A stretch of DNA of 64,000 nt from NCBI GenBank assembly GCA_028534125.1, contig CM052816.1, positions 82,710,001 through 82,774,000 on the forward strand, read 5' to 3'. A program made the translations under genes and the position numbers. Positions 1 to 13,247 of the stretch are shown in pieces. The notes under the pieces were generated by a model, which searched no databases, was not told the DNA's origin, and saw only the letters and a program-made list of their open reading frames with translations. The first letter of the stretch is position 1. Each line of letters opens with the position of its first letter. The DNA comes from Lama glama (lineage: Eukaryota).

Positions 1-93
1 TTCTGGTAAAATAGAAAGGGCAAATTTGAATTTTCAATTCAGGTTTAGCTTGTAAATAGTTGTGAGAAAGGTGAGATGCCCATCCTTCTCTAT

Positions 94-120
94 CACCACC
101 ACCACCACCACCACCACCAC
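94..120. repeat. (CAC)9 trinucleotide microsatellite
   Basis: Nine perfect CAC units; source of the poly-His run in ORF 76..318. Confidence 0.95.
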
Positions 121-439
121 TATTTCTGTCCTGCTTCTGAGAACACTGAGAATCTTAGCACAGTCCAAATATTTATAATAGGATATAAGTTTGACCATAA
201 TTCTAAGGAACACTTCCTTAATCTGAGTAAGACTGCCCTAGAGCATCAGGTTGGAACTACTGAATGCAGGAAAATTCAAAATATCCCTGAGGTCACCACC
301 CAGTCTGGAGATTTTTGAACAAGTACAGAAACAGAAGTTTCCTCTCCATGCTGCTCTGAGGAAGCTCCTGCTGGAGCTGCACTTGGCCTGAGGGCACCAG
401 CACTCCCTATTTATGGCCAGCTGTGCATCTAGTTTTTTC

Positions 440-1245
440 AAAGCCAACTTTATTCTAGTCACCATGGCCTGAGATCTTGGAGTCACCTTTAACTCCCCAT
501 CTCCCACTGTTGTCTGGTTCTAAACAAGGACTAAGTCTACCTTATCCTTTCTGAATATTTCTGCTGTTTTTTCCCGCCTTTTTTCATCATCATTAATTTT
601 TATGTTAGTCTCTCATAGTCCTCTGGGAATGTATTATTCCCTGCTTCTTTGCTCTAAATGGTCCGGTTCATCCTAAAACTGTTTCATCAGATCATTGCTC
701 TACAGGAATAGCTTGGCTCCTTACTGCCTGTGGGTTAAACTCCAGATTATGTCATTGGGATGATTGTAAGGTTACTCACAGTTAGACTTATCCTGTTTTT
801 GGAAAATTATCTATACATATTACACACTACTTCCTTTTAAAATTCCAATTCTAGAAAGATAATATTTATTCAGTGACTCTCAAGTGATATGTATGTGCAT
901 ATGTATATATAGTTACTTCAACTAATTTTATTTTTACCCTATTTTCTATTCTTCAAATGTCCTCCTCCTCTTCCTAGCTCATTATTACATATCTGTCAAG
1001 TTTCATGCAAATGCCATTTCCTTTTAAATTATTTCCTGATTATTCATTATGATTTGTCATCCAACTCTTATGTTATACCATTGTGTGTGTGTATATAATT
1101 ATATCCTGAAGTCTCATCTCCTTATTGAAATTATAAGCATATTAGAAATGGGAGCTAATAATGTAGACTTCTTTGTATGCTAGCATCATTTAACCTGATA
1201 CTTCGAGTTCCTTAATAAAATAGGAATCAAGGAAATATTTGTTTA
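440..1245 (+). mobile_element. L2 LINE, decayed 3' portion
   Basis: 'ccatggcctgagatcttggagtcacctttaactcc' resembles the L2 motif CCAAGCCAGAAACCTGGGAGTCATCCTTGACTCC; ends in an L2-like 'aaatatttgtt' 3' terminus. Boundaries approximate. Confidence 0.6.
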
Positions 1246-1944
1246 TTCCTCATTAGGCTGTCCTGATTCTAACCTAATGTAGCCTAGAGGACAAATGGGC
1301 ACGTAGCGTTTGTGGTTTTGCTTGGAAATAAAAGCAGATGTTTTATTGAGTATCAATATTTTTACATTTATTTACTAATTTCAATGTCTAAAACATCTTT
1401 AAACATTTTGAGGGTTTTCCAGTTCCCTCAATTTTTGTCATTTTTTAAAAAAAGCTATCAAAACTTCAATGCATAGACCCTTCAGTTGGAATGTACAAAT
1501 GTTTATTTTTAACCTCTTTCTGTCACTCCAAATCCCAGATTTTTATGTATAATTTAAATGCAGTAATCTGACAAGTGAATGGCTATGATTTATTTATTGG
1601 ATAAACTACCTAGCAAATTCATACATTTCCGTGTATTAGAAAATAACAGATTGGTACTTAAAAGAGCCAAAATCCCAGAAAACACAAACAAAAACACCAC
1701 CAAAGATTTGTTTTGTACCATTTAGTTTCAATGTGGTTTAATTGCACTGAAATTTTAATTGAGCTGTAATTGCATTTTATTGCATGCATTTGTATGAGTT
1801 AAAAAATACTTAAAGCTGAAATGTGGTGGATGAAACAATTTCATGCATATAGTGAAACAGTTACCATAAAGAAAAGTTTTACCTCTTTTATAGTATCACT
1901 ATCAGGAACTTTAAAAGTTAGGCTTACAATCCAATCACATTTTA

Positions 1945-2432
1945 TTCATCTGTGTTTTTTAGTTTCTGTTTATCCTCTTTCTCACCTCCAGATATACTTA
2001 CTCCTTCTCAGTTCTTCCCTGCACTGTTCTGCACCCTGAGAGTTTGAACCTTTATAGGTATCCTTGTCCTTTGGCTTTATGTTGGTTTCAGCCAGTGGGA
2101 GGCACCTGAAGGGGATGAAAGCTATGGGGAAAGACTGGTGTGGGTGTTGACTTAACTTTTGGTGGCTCCCTTCCTCTGTGCCTATAGCTCCTTTTGGTTA
2201 TTTGTCATCCAGGGGTCTAGCTCTGGCTGGGCTCTCATAAGCACTGCACCTTCCCCATGTCTCTTCCACTCAGGGTGATACTGGCTTCCTGTTGTTGCTA
2301 ATTCCTGGGTGTTTATCTTTCCTTCATATCCTTAACTTCACCTTCTCCTCTGTGTCAGGTCCCTCCGCTGAATCTCACTTCAGTTAAATACTTTGAAGAG
2401 TATCTGATCCTTGCTGGGAACTAAACTGCTAT
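1945..2432 (+). mobile_element. ERVL solo LTR, LTR33-like
   Basis: 'ccttgtcctttggctttatgttggtttcagccagtgggaggcacc' and 'ggcttcctgttgttgctaattcctgggtg' match recalled LTR33 core motifs; LTR-like 3' end 'gctgggaactaaactgctat'. Confidence 0.7.
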
Positions 2433-3434
2433 GTCATCCATACAAATGGATAAATCAGTTTCTTTTGTGTCTTTAATGTACATATGAGATATAAATAGTG
2501 TTCAACTAGAAAAAAGTTAACTCTCTAATAAATACAGCATGTGAGATTAGTTTCCAGACTTATTCATTTAGCACCAATTAAAGTGTAACTATACGTCACT
2601 TTGCAAAACTGTTGGGTTCAAATGCTCATTATTGCTTACACCAGATTAAAAGTTCTCCTGTGTTTATTTATGCCAATGTTTATTGATTGACATGCAAGTT
2701 CTGTTTTAACCCTAAAACACACTACCTCCAACATTAGATATTGCTCACATGTCTAGGTAAGGAAATGGGCTACCACTGCATATGGCTAATTGAATCTGTA
2801 TTTGATCTAGACTACCAGGAAATCTCTTGACAATGACATGAGTTTTTCAGTTTAAATATTTTCATTTCTGTGGCTCTCTATCTATTGCTAAGTCACCTAC
2901 ATTTTATACCTAAATTTTATTCTATACTTAAAACTTTTCTATGAATATCATTAATTCTTGGTTCTTTTTTTTTTCCCCTTTTCAGAATCTCACCACAGTT
3001 TTTCAGCTTGTCATGAGTGTACTCAAAGACCAGATTTATTAAGGTCTCACAATTATTCTTGTTTGTTCCCTCCCTATTTATCTATTTAATGGGCCATTAG
3101 CTACTCTCCAGAAGACTTTAGCAGATGTAGCATTATTTTCCCAGGTTCAATATTTGCAAAGCCGTAAGCAGTTTATTGGCCATTTCTAACAAGAAACAAT
3201 TCCTGAAATTTTTATACATTTTGTTTACAGAGTTAGCTGAGATCTGTTCGGTATGCAGAGCCATGATGATTTTCACAGCCAGGCACGGATAGCAAATGTT
3301 GAAGAGGGTCTGTCAGAAAAGGGTTACGTCACAGCTTAAGGAATGAGACTAAAAACTGAGCAAGAAAATGATCTTCATTTAGTATTAGAGTATTTAATTT
3401 ATATTTTCGTCTACACTTATAACCTGTAAACTAT

Positions 3435-3670
3435 AATAATAAGGACTGGTAATTTACTGAGGGCTTAATGTGTGCCAGGTACTGTAAGTACTCTTTATAT
3501 CACCCTGTTTAAATCTCCCCAATATTTTATACAACATACTAATCCCCAATTGTAGAAAAATAAATAAAAGAGTAGAGTAGTTCAGTTAACATGCCTATAA
3601 TCACACAGCTGGTATATGGTAGAGAAATATCTCAGATTAAGTCTGTGTAGCCCATAGCCCCAAAGGCTAT
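3435..3670 (-). mobile_element. MIR SINE
   Basis: 'atttactgagggcttaatgtgtgccaggtactg ... atcacacagctggtatatggtagag' is the antisense MIR pattern. Confidence 0.75.
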
Positions 3671-4619
3671 CCTAAGCACTTATGAGGACCTTCCATAATG
3701 TTTGTAAGTGAAATTGTAGCATAATCACACATGTATTAATGAAATAATTTGAAGGATACTTGTCCAGTCAAGGTATTTAGGCAGTATTAAATATACTAGA
3801 CCTAAATTTTCTTTCTTATTTCATGTCTGACAAATGGGAATAAAATAAGAATAAGAGAAAACTCTAATCAAAAAATAATTAATATTCTTTCTATTTGTGT
3901 CAACTTTTCATTACTATTTAAATATTATTTTTCAAATTGGAATATAGGTCATAGATAGCATTTTCAATTTCTATAGAAATGCAAGTTGCTGCCTCATGTT
4001 TTTTTTTCTCCTTTTGCTATTTCATTTCTTGAATAAAGGTCTTTTGCAATATCAGGATCATCTTACATTCATTAGAAAAAACATATGTGATATTGTAAAT
4101 GTCATTTCTGTCAGCAGCAAGTTATTTTTTTTCTATTCACACTTATGCAGGGCTTTAATTTATCATGTCATTTACCATCTGGTTTTCAGGAGAGATTTTT
4201 ATTACATTTTAATAAAGAGCATATTGAAGAAAGCAATTTTTGTTGCAAAGTAAAGTGTACAGGCATTTAGGTTTTTCCCTGATAACTATTCATTGATAAT
4301 TATTTGTCATTTAAAATATTGATTACTCTATTTTATGTTTGCATGGAAAAATTCATCTAGCCTTCTAAGTGTGTTTAGGGTCATACTATATACAAAATAC
4401 CATATTAGATATGATATCTATTAGATCAAGGTAATTTTAAAATTCAAAACTCTTTTATTTTTATATTTATAAATGTGTTTGTTTGGAGAGGTAGCGAGTG
4501 TATCCTGGCACATGTGTCTTAAAGCTTTAACAATTTTTTTCAAGTTCTTATTCAGCCAACTCATGTTGCTCCTCAAAGAGAAGATTCTTTCCAAATCTAT
4601 TACTTATTGTTCCCTTAAT

Positions 4620-4825
4620 GAGACTAATCAATATTGACTCAGCCCCAAAGAATCAGGATTAGATCACCCCTTTGACACTGGAATTTCCTGTAAACAATGA
4701 CTCCATTGTGAATAATCTATGGATGGATTCATGAGTCTAAAGCAGCATTTTAGCTACCCAAGGCCAGCTGTATTTTATTTTAATGCATCTTCCTCTATAA
4801 AATGTTATTGACTTATGCAAATGCA
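4620..4825. promoter_or_regulatory. Candidate enhancer motif cluster (SoxE dimer, FOX, AP-1, octamer)
   Basis: TGACTCAGC 4635-4643; GTAAACA 4690-4696; ACAATG-actc-CATTGT 4694-4709; ATGCAAAT 4815-4822; all in non-repeat DNA. Confidence 0.35.
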
Positions 4826-5479
4826 GTATTCCAGGGGTTTTCTACCTAGACAAATATTCATTGTAGTATTTTTGGATCATAGTGTAGTGCCAACTTTTCT
4901 ACAAAAAATAAAATGTCTGGCGTCTCTATATCCTGCACTTCAGTCTCCTTCAATTCTGATCTCAAAACAATGATCTGATTAAGGGAAAATACAAAGGAAA
5001 TAGCAACATTCATAGACTACCCTGGCTTCATTCATTCATTCATTCCTTCTCTGGAACTTTTGACACATTTCCCTTACTTTTCTCATTTGCTTTCAGTTCT
5101 GGAATTCCATGAGGCAGTCAGATAGACATTGGGGAACTTTTGATCTCCCTGTATTTAATTAGGGAAACCAACAGGATCTTTTATGTTTAGAGGCCAGTGG
5201 TGTGTAAAAAGCTATGTTTAATGTGAAGCCTGACAAATTGTGGTGAGTATTTTTGGACAGCAGACCTAGCAGGCCTTTTGTTGTCTGTGCACTGTCAGCT
5301 TTTGGCTCAAAGAGAATGGATTAACATAAAAAGAGAATCCTCCATTCCTGGGGCATGCCTGGAAAGCATGAATCTGCTTCTTTTGATTCCTTTTTTTTTT
5401 TTTCCTGAGCTATGTCAGGTACAATATAAAACCATCTATAATGTATAGGTTTTAGCTTTAAAAAAAAAATTGGCTTTAG

Positions 5480-5600
5480 CTAAGTAGAGCCTGTCAGTTT
5501 CCCTTGGGGTAAAATAATAATATCTATTCCCTCTGTATCACAGAGCAGTCTCCCAAGGATTAATAAACTAATGAATTGAAATCACTTTGTGTTTCGCAGT
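5480..5600 (+). mobile_element. MIR/MIR3 fragment
   Basis: 'gagcctgtcagtttcccttggggtaaaataataatatctattccc...aggattaataaactaatg' resembles the MIR core. Confidence 0.55.
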
Positions 5601-7534
5601 GATATTATCATGTATTATAATATATCAGACTGGAACATATATAACCTTCAAAGGGGAGACATAAAAAATTCTCTGAGAATTTTCAGTGCAAGTTATAGCT
5701 ACACAATAATGAGTTTGATTTTTTTTTTTTTCTGGGTAAGGGGCAGTGCATGTTTGTGACACTTACTTATATGGTACCTAAACATTGGGGCAGGGCCTCT
5801 AAGTTTCAGTTTCTCCTAATCACCATGGAAAGACTCAGGATCTAAACACACCTGATCCATGAACTCAGGTAGTGCTGCAGCTTCTGTCAAGCTGAGATGT
5901 AATCAGCTGCCCTGGCCCCTAGGGCCCACTTCTGTGCTTCTCCTCCTGTCACAGCTTGGGATGTTCCCCTACATCCTGGGGGGATTGCTGGGAAATCAGT
6001 GTTAACTTTCAAGCATGGAGAAGATGGATGGTCCTCAGTCTCCTGGAACATCCTGAAGAATCTCCCTTCCCTCTGCTTTGGCATCCCATCCCTTCATGGG
6101 CACTGGTCACTTTTCCTAGCATAATCCTTCAGAAAACACAGGTTGAATAACTATAGGCTAAAATGACCTATAAATGAAAAAAAGAAATCTATCTGCAATA
6201 AAACCAGAAACCCCATCTCAATCTCCATTCTGAGCAGCTTCCTTATTATGCAGGTGACTCTTTCAACAGCCTGGCCTCCTAGATTCCTGGATGCCCCAAA
6301 TACAACATTTATCTACGATTTACTTCAGCGGAATACACATGATACTTGCAGAAACAAGAAGAAAAGACAATAATGATCATGTCCACTATGTGTTCAAGAA
6401 GATATTCCTTGACCCCCTTACCCCTGCACTCACCCAATCCTTGTATTCAGCAGTTTATTAGCATATTTACCTGTTTCATTTTTTTCCCTCCTTTTTTAGG
6501 ACTATACTTCAATTTATTTTCTTTAATTTTATTCATGATACCCTTTCTCTTCTTTCCTCCTCTTGGCTTTCTCCATTAATGATTCTTGATTTCCTTTATA
6601 TTTTCAATTAAAAAATAGTTTATTTCCACATTTTTGTTCAATTAGTTGTTAATTATTTAGTTCTGTTCAATGTATATTTCTGAATACTCAATTCATGCAA
6701 ATTAACTTGATATCTGAGCACCAGACATTAGTTTTAAAAAGTCTCTCTTCGACCTGACTTACGCATTAAAGAAACCTTCCAGAGTTCTTTTTTCTTACAT
6801 CTCCAAATATCTTGAAATACCGACACTGTGTTCAATTTTTCCTCCTGAAACCCTTTAATTCATTTTTCTTTGGCTTTTGGCCCTATCACCAAGTAAAACT
6901 ACACTGAAGGTCAATAATGACCTTCTTCTTAAAAAACCTAATGCCTACTTTTTACATACCATTTTAAAGTGTATTTCTACTGCACATGACACTGTAGAAC
7001 AAAGGTTATATTTAATACTATTTTTTTTCAATTTTCGTGAAGGTGCACCTTCTCGAACCTGCTTTTACTGCACCACTCCAACTCAGCTTCTCTAGTTTCC
7101 TTGTTTTCACGATTCCCTTCACTGATGCATTTTCTCTGCAGCATCTATTGATGCCCCTGATTCCTTCACCCTATTCTAAGAGTTTTCCCTGGATCTCATC
7201 AACTTCCTCATGAGGCTTCAGGTATAACCTTTATATAGGTTTAGACCATCTTTCCCATTTGAACAATTGCCTGTGTTCCTAATTTGCAATGTGATTGTCC
7301 ACAGGGCATTTTCAATGAGGCTGCTTTAATCTGCCTCTCAGTTATTTCCCAACCTGAGCTCATTATTTTCACAAAAATATTCCCCACTCATAGTTAGCAT
7401 CTACATTAATGATATTATTATAGCCTCTCTGGTAGAAATCATTTGCTTTTGTGACAAACACATGCAACAAAGATCTGATATGGTTACAGTTTAAATTGTT
7501 TTATTTAAAAAGAAAGTGTACTCTTTTCTTTTAC

Positions 7535-7730
7535 TAGATCAAAGTCATATAATATTAGATCTAAGGAACTTCAGAGATCATTAATTTCCCCATTGTTTAG
7601 ATGAATTTAGACGAGAATGCTGAAGCTTTGCAGGGAAAAAAAATTGTCTCCATGTTAGTTAATTACTAAGCCAATTTTAAACCAAGTTTCTCTTCCTTCC
7701 AGTCTAATGATTCCAATATTCTTTCTGCTG
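7535..7730 (-). mobile_element. MIR fragment nested in L2
   Basis: 'aggaacttcagagatcatt...ccccattgtttagatgaa...ccaagtttctcttccttccagtct' is antisense MIR/MIR3. Confidence 0.5.
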
Positions 7731-8159
7731 CCTTCGTTTATGAACTTGCTTCCTACCTTCCTAAGGATCCTCTAATAGATCCTTTACTCCACCCCCATTA
7801 TTGATTTATTATACATATATTTGATGCCTCTTAAATGTCATACATTGAATTATCCTTATTATATTGCACATAAAGTAATGTTGCCTGCTGAGGAAAAATA
7901 ATGACTCCACAATTTTTTAAAAATAAAATTCTAATTCTTTGGAAAAGTGCACTTTGACCTGGTCCTAAGTCTTTTCAGATTCATTTTCTACTACTCTTCC
8001 CAGATGCTCTCTGTTCCAGTTTCATTAGATAATCTGTTTTTTAACGACACCAGGAAATTGCACAGGTCACTGTTTTTGCCTATACCTCATGCTTTCTCAG
8101 GGTCAAATGCCTTTCTTCCAATCTTACAAAAGAGTTTCCCTTCTTTCTTCAAAGTGACG

Positions 8160-8375
8160 TGTGGACACCAAGGTGGATAAAAGTTCATGTTTTGGAATCA
8201 CAGAGTTCTGGATTTGAATTCTGACCCTGATACCAGCGATGTGACCCTAAATTAGTACCATTAACAATGTCGAGTGAGAGTTCAATGATTAGTAAATGGC
8301 CTTACTATTATTTACCTTCCCAGAGTAGTATAAAGATTAGACAAGATAAAGCGTGTAAAGATCTAGCATTGCTAT
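8160..8375 (+). mobile_element. MIR nested in L2
   Basis: 'ttttggaatcacagagttctggatttgaattctgaccctgatacc...gtgacc' and 'aagattagacaagataaagcgtgtaaag'. Confidence 0.65.
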
Positions 8376-8887
8376 TGCTGTTAGAATTGGTAACATAGGA
8401 AGAATAAAAGGAAAAAAAAGAAAAGGAGGATTAAAGGAGGCATCGAATTCTTAGTATATTTAACTTATTACCCTCTTTAAAATTCATCTTTCCTTTTTTT
8501 TCTCCTAGTGCTTTTTTTGTAGCCTATTAAAGTGTTTCTCACAGATTTTGTTTAACAGGGCATGTGTGTTGCAACTGTCTTATCATCAGTAACAAATTCA
8601 GGGAAAGTATTTTATCAGTGTCTACTACATCACTGTGTACAGAGTAGGCTCTCAGGAAGAACTGAAACAATTAACACGAGGTGGCTCAGATAAAGGGCAA
8701 TAGGAATGCATGGGCTGTCTGAGGAAGAGATGGATCATATCACAGGATCAGTCTCTCAGTTTACACAGTCAGAATGCTTTCTATTCTACATCACAGCCTC
8801 TGTTGCTAGATATTCGAGGAAACAAAATCAAGCTGACCACAGAACGAGGATTCGTTGGCACAGTCTCTTCTCTGTTATTGATTTGTG

Positions 8888-8900
8888 GTTGTTAGGCAAC
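8888..8900. promoter_or_regulatory. RFX X-box-like element GTTGTTAGGCAAC
   Basis: Near-palindromic match to the X-box (reverse strand GTTGCCTAACAAC) in unique DNA. Confidence 0.35.
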
Positions 8901-9819
8901 ACTCTTCTTAGATTTCTCAGCTGAATGAAGATAAAAATATTGACTTGTGCCAATTAAATCCACATAGATTAGTGCTTTAAACACAAATATGTACCCTTAC
9001 AGCCCCCCAAATGCACTAATTTAAGTAAGTAAGATTGCTTTTGCTGGAATTAACAATTATTGGTAACTCTAGAGGGAGGCTATGCTTTCTCCATGCATAT
9101 CTACTTGAATTTCAGGCATATTTAATTGTGCATTTTAATATATGAAAGTGGCTTTTGGTCTTGGCATTAAGACCCTTGTGTTTTTGTTTAATAACATTGG
9201 CTCATAGAAAATATCTTTGAAATTTAAACACAAATCCCACTTTTTATAACTTTGAAATTCATTATGCTTAAAATGTGGATTGATTGATAATTATAAAAAA
9301 AAATTGCGTACATTTTACCATTTACAATCTCTTCAGTTTTAGTATGTGAATCTTAGGGTTTCAAGTATTAAAGGAGGTTGTGTATTCAAGAAAAAATTCT
9401 CCTAAGCAATAATCTTTGAGTTGCAATTAGGGGATATTTGGGGGAAGTAACGTATTTGATGAATAAATTTTTAAGGATCTATATAGATTAATATCGTATT
9501 TGGCAAAATGAATTTCTTCAAAATGATGGTTTTTAATACTGAGAAAAATGACATATATCGATATCATTGTCTCCAGGTATCAACTGTAATTTTAGTCTTG
9601 GTATTTTAAAACTGTATTTATTTTATCAATGAAGATGTTCAACTTCATTGTGAAGCAGTGAAATTTGATTGGTGGAATATATCTAAATTAACCTTCCTCA
9701 CAGACTTTGTACTTGATTAGAATACTTATCTCCTTAATAAAGTTCAAGTTACCTCAGAAACATCCTTGACAGTAGATTTACCTTCAACAAGACACCACTA
9801 ATGATCTTAGATTGTAATT

Positions 9820-9975
9820 TATTTATTAAGTTTGACAAGTTTCTTCACAGAGATTATCTCATTCTAGCACCAAAACAGTACTGTGAAGGGATCTTCCTTT
9901 TAAATAAGTGGAGAACCCTAGGTTCAAGGAAGTTATGTAATTTGACCAAAGCTAAATAACTAGTAAGTAAGCCAT
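9820..9975 (-). mobile_element. MIR SINE
   Basis: 'ttcacagagattatctcatt...aggttcaaggaagttatgtaatttgaccaaagctaaataactagtaagt'. Confidence 0.6.
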
Positions 9976-10039
9976 GTAACTAGCAAAACTTAGCTCTGAA
10001 GGATGATCTTATGACCCAACATGACTGTTCATTCAGCCT

Positions 10040-10280
10040 TATCTTTGTTCAACATTTTTGTGTGTGTGATCCAAGAACTACTTAAGCCTTAAGATTATAT
10101 GAAGAAAACAAAATAGATGAGGTCAGTACTCTTGTGGCATTTATATGCTACCAAGGGGGATAGATAGTAAACAAATACCTTCATATAGAGAGTAGTTCCA
10201 TAAATACAATAAAACTGAGTAATGCGAGGGTGACATATGGAGGGTAGGGCTATTCTTGGATTAGAGAGTTCCAAAATACC
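10040..10280 (-). mobile_element. L2 3' fragment
   Basis: 'aacaaaatagatgaggtcagtactcttgtggcatttatatgcta...gatagatagtaaacaaat' is antisense L2a-like. Confidence 0.5.
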
Positions 10281-11169
10281 TTTTTGATCTGCAATGCCAT
10301 TAAGAAAAAAAAGAAAAACAAGTCATCTACACTAAGACCTAGAAGAAGGAAGAATTTAGTTCACTTTTTCTTAAGTATGAATGTTCTATATACTAATTGC
10401 ATTTTTCACTCATTGTTTTTTCTTTGTGTGCTATCTAGTATTGAAGGTAGATGTACCATTCATACATACATGGTCTAAAAAATGAGCTAAACTATGTGAT
10501 GTATTTCTCTATCACATGGTGCAGTATACTTAACAGATTTTAAAGTCTCTGACAGAACTTTGCTTTATTTTAGAGATGCCAATAAAATTAAAATTAATTC
10601 AAATAAAACAATCTCAGAAATGTTTGGGACTTGTGTTATTTACCTACAAATGTAAGGATATATACAAATAAGACTCTGTTGCTAATTTCCCCTAATATTC
10701 AACTAATATTAGAAACATTGCCTTCAAAATGTTGTCGCAGAATCATGGAAAATAGTTTTATAATAAATCTCAGAGGTCATCTAGTCCAAATCCCTGCAAG
10801 GTGCAGATATACATTTATTGTAACAAATCCAATCAAACTATTTTCCAGCAAAAGACCCTGATGATTTCTCATAATCCTAGTATAAAGCTTGAAGTCATTA
10901 ATGTGACTAATAAGGTCACAGATGAGAAGGGATTCTAATTTAGTATGTCTTAATCCCATAGGTGTTCCCTTTATATGACAGCTAAGGTGGAAAGTTCTGT
11001 CTTCTAGGGATATAGGGGATGTCTGCTTTCTTTGCAATAATCACTAAACTGAAACACACACACATATATTCTAAGTTAGTGAGAAAATGATGGCTTAACT
11101 TTGAACAAAAATTTTAAAAAAATTCTTTTCTCTAAGTCACAAATTCCATATTTAAAAAATGAAGATTTA

Positions 11170-12010
11170 TTCATTTTTTTCCTTTCTCCTTATTCAGGCA
11201 AATATTCATTTATTTATTGTCTAATTTACGTCAAACATTATGAAATGATTACAATACCACAGTGAATAACTTACCTGGGATTTCATCTCTCAAAAGTCTT
11301 ACATTCTACTTATGCTCTCATGAGGGAGATAGATATATACCCATGGAAAAGAAAGAATGAATTACGTAAGTTGTTATGAAGGAAATAAATAGGCTTAGGA
11401 AATACAGAAAAGCAGGCAGATGTTAAAGGCTGAGTTAAGGATAAGTTTAATTTCTGTAAAGAGCCAGGGGAAGGATGTTACCAAGGAAAAGGAAGAACAA
11501 GAGGAAATTCCCCATGTGGCATGGAGCTTAGTGCTCTCCGAGAAGTAGCAGAAAGCCAGTGTGTTAGGAAGTTAGTGACCAAACGCTGTGTCGTCCATCA
11601 GTCCTCAAATGTGCTTGGAGATGTTGAGAGGGCTCAGGTTAAGCATGGGGCAGTTTTAGGTTTAATTCTAAGAAAAGGCAAATCTTGAGAGGTTTTTAGG
11701 CAAAAGAATTCCATTCCATTTGTATTTGTCAAATGATTACTCAGATTGTGAGTGACTGGTTAGGAAGCAAAAATGGAACTGGGAAGACCAGTACAATGGT
11801 TATTGAGTTCTTTCTGGGGATAGAAGATAGTGTGAAGAGGCTGATGACAATTGATATGAAATGTGGGTACATTTGGGGAACACTTTGGAGGTAGAATCAA
11901 CAGAAATTGATAATATAATATAAGGAAAAGGAATTTAACAAACATGGACCCCTCACTTCTGATTTTAGTAAGTAGGTGAATAGTGGTATTAATCAGAAGA
12001 AAATACATTT
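11170..12010 (-). mobile_element. L2 LINE 3' portion
   Basis: Antisense L2 motifs 'tattcatttatttattg', 'gatgttaaaggctgag', 'ttggaggtagaatcaacagaaattgat', 'ggtgaatagtggtattaatcaga'. Confidence 0.7.
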
Positions 12011-12099
12011 GTAGATTTTTGTAAACATATATTAGGAAAGATCTTTGAAGCCTGATAAGTAGAGAAAAAAATCATTTAAAAAATATATAGTGTAGTTAA

Positions 12100-12855
12100 A
12101 AAATTATGTTTAAAATACCTTTTATTTCACTAATAGTGAATATTTTTCTAAGAAAATCTGCAAACTAGTAAATAAATAAAAAGGTCATCATTTATGAAAA
12201 AATAAAGTTTATGTGCACTTTGGAAAGAAGTTTCACATTTGAAATAAGAAAAATAAGGCAAACTCTCCAGAAGAGTAGTGAGCAATTGTCATCATAGGCA
12301 ACTTAAAAAAAAAAAAAAGAAAGAAAAACAAATGACAGATATATTCTGCTTTATTGGAGATCAAGACAGTAAAATTTTTTACCAATAAAACTGTCAGAAT
12401 AAAATAAAAAATAACTTTTGAGGCAAGAATGTGAGGGAAACAGTTATTTTAATTCACTTCAGGAGGAAAAGTAAGTTTGATGTAACCCTTTGCAGGAAAA
12501 AAAAAAAAGTCAATACATAGCAACAGTGTTTAAAATAACCTTTGACACAATAATTCCTGTTCTAGGATATTAACAAAAAATAAGTATGTGTACAAATGTT
12601 ACTTACATAATTGTGATATTGTCTATAATAAAATCTTATAACTCACTATTCTATTGTACAAGATTGGCCAAGTACACTACTGTAAATGCATTTTTCAAGA
12701 ATACTATTGACATGTAAAGATATCTACAATATATTGTTATATGAGCATGCACATTTTAAAAACATTACACACATCATATTTATATTTTGTATGAAACAAA
12801 AATAATGTATAGTTAAGGAGAGGATGGATGAGATGGGTTGATAAACAGATGATAA
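12100..12855 (+). mobile_element. Ancient L1 (L1ME-like) 3' region
   Basis: 'ggcaagaatgtgagggaaacag...cctttgacacaataattcctgttctaggatat' is the decayed ORF2 C-terminus and 3'UTR. Confidence 0.6.
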
Positions 12856-12859
12856 ATAG

Positions 12860-13247
12860 TGTTAAAAAATAAGGCATCAGGTCCAAAATGTAGTCACTTA
12901 TACTTAGCCACATCACTGAACTGAGATTTAACTTAACTACAGCTTAGCTCTTCCAGAAATGGTATTTTAATCCAGTTGATCAGGAATCACTTGATCATCA
13001 CTCGTTAGGTAATCTGCCTGATTGACCCCTGCCATCCCCTAAAGGAAAGTAACTTTGCAATAACCAATCTGCTTTTTTGCCTAGTGTAACTTCCTTGTTC
13101 CTGCTCCCTGCTGGCTATGAATGTCTTTCATTTTGTACAGCTTTTTGGAGCTCCCTTCTATCTAGATAGGATGTTGCCAGATTCCAATTGGTTTTTGCTC
13201 AAATAAATTCTTAATATTTTTGATATGCCTCAGCTTATCTTTTAACA
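12860..13247 (+). mobile_element. ERV1-class solo LTR, complete, 4-bp TSD ATAG
   Basis: TG...CA ends; terminal inverted repeat TGTTAAAAAATAAG vs TGTTAAAAGATAAG (13/14); ATAG at 12856-12859 and 13248-13251; AATAAA at 13202-13207. Confidence 0.85.

Larger units (their letters stand above)
6840..8670 (+). mobile_element. L2 LINE (RT region to 3' end), fragmented, interrupted by MIRs
   Basis: 'aaaactacactgaaggtcaataatgaccttcttctt...ctgcacatgacactgtaga' resembles the L2 RT region (ETALAKVTNDL...AAFDTV); L2 3'-type sequence at about 7940-8160 and 8440-8670. Confidence 0.6.

Noticed and set aside
76..318. ORF with a His9 run resembling a His-tag
   Set aside because: The run is a (CAC)9 microsatellite; the rest resembles no protein I know.
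2955..3045. Strong acceptor at 2985
   Set aside because: No plausible donor at exon distance; the T-run explains the signal.
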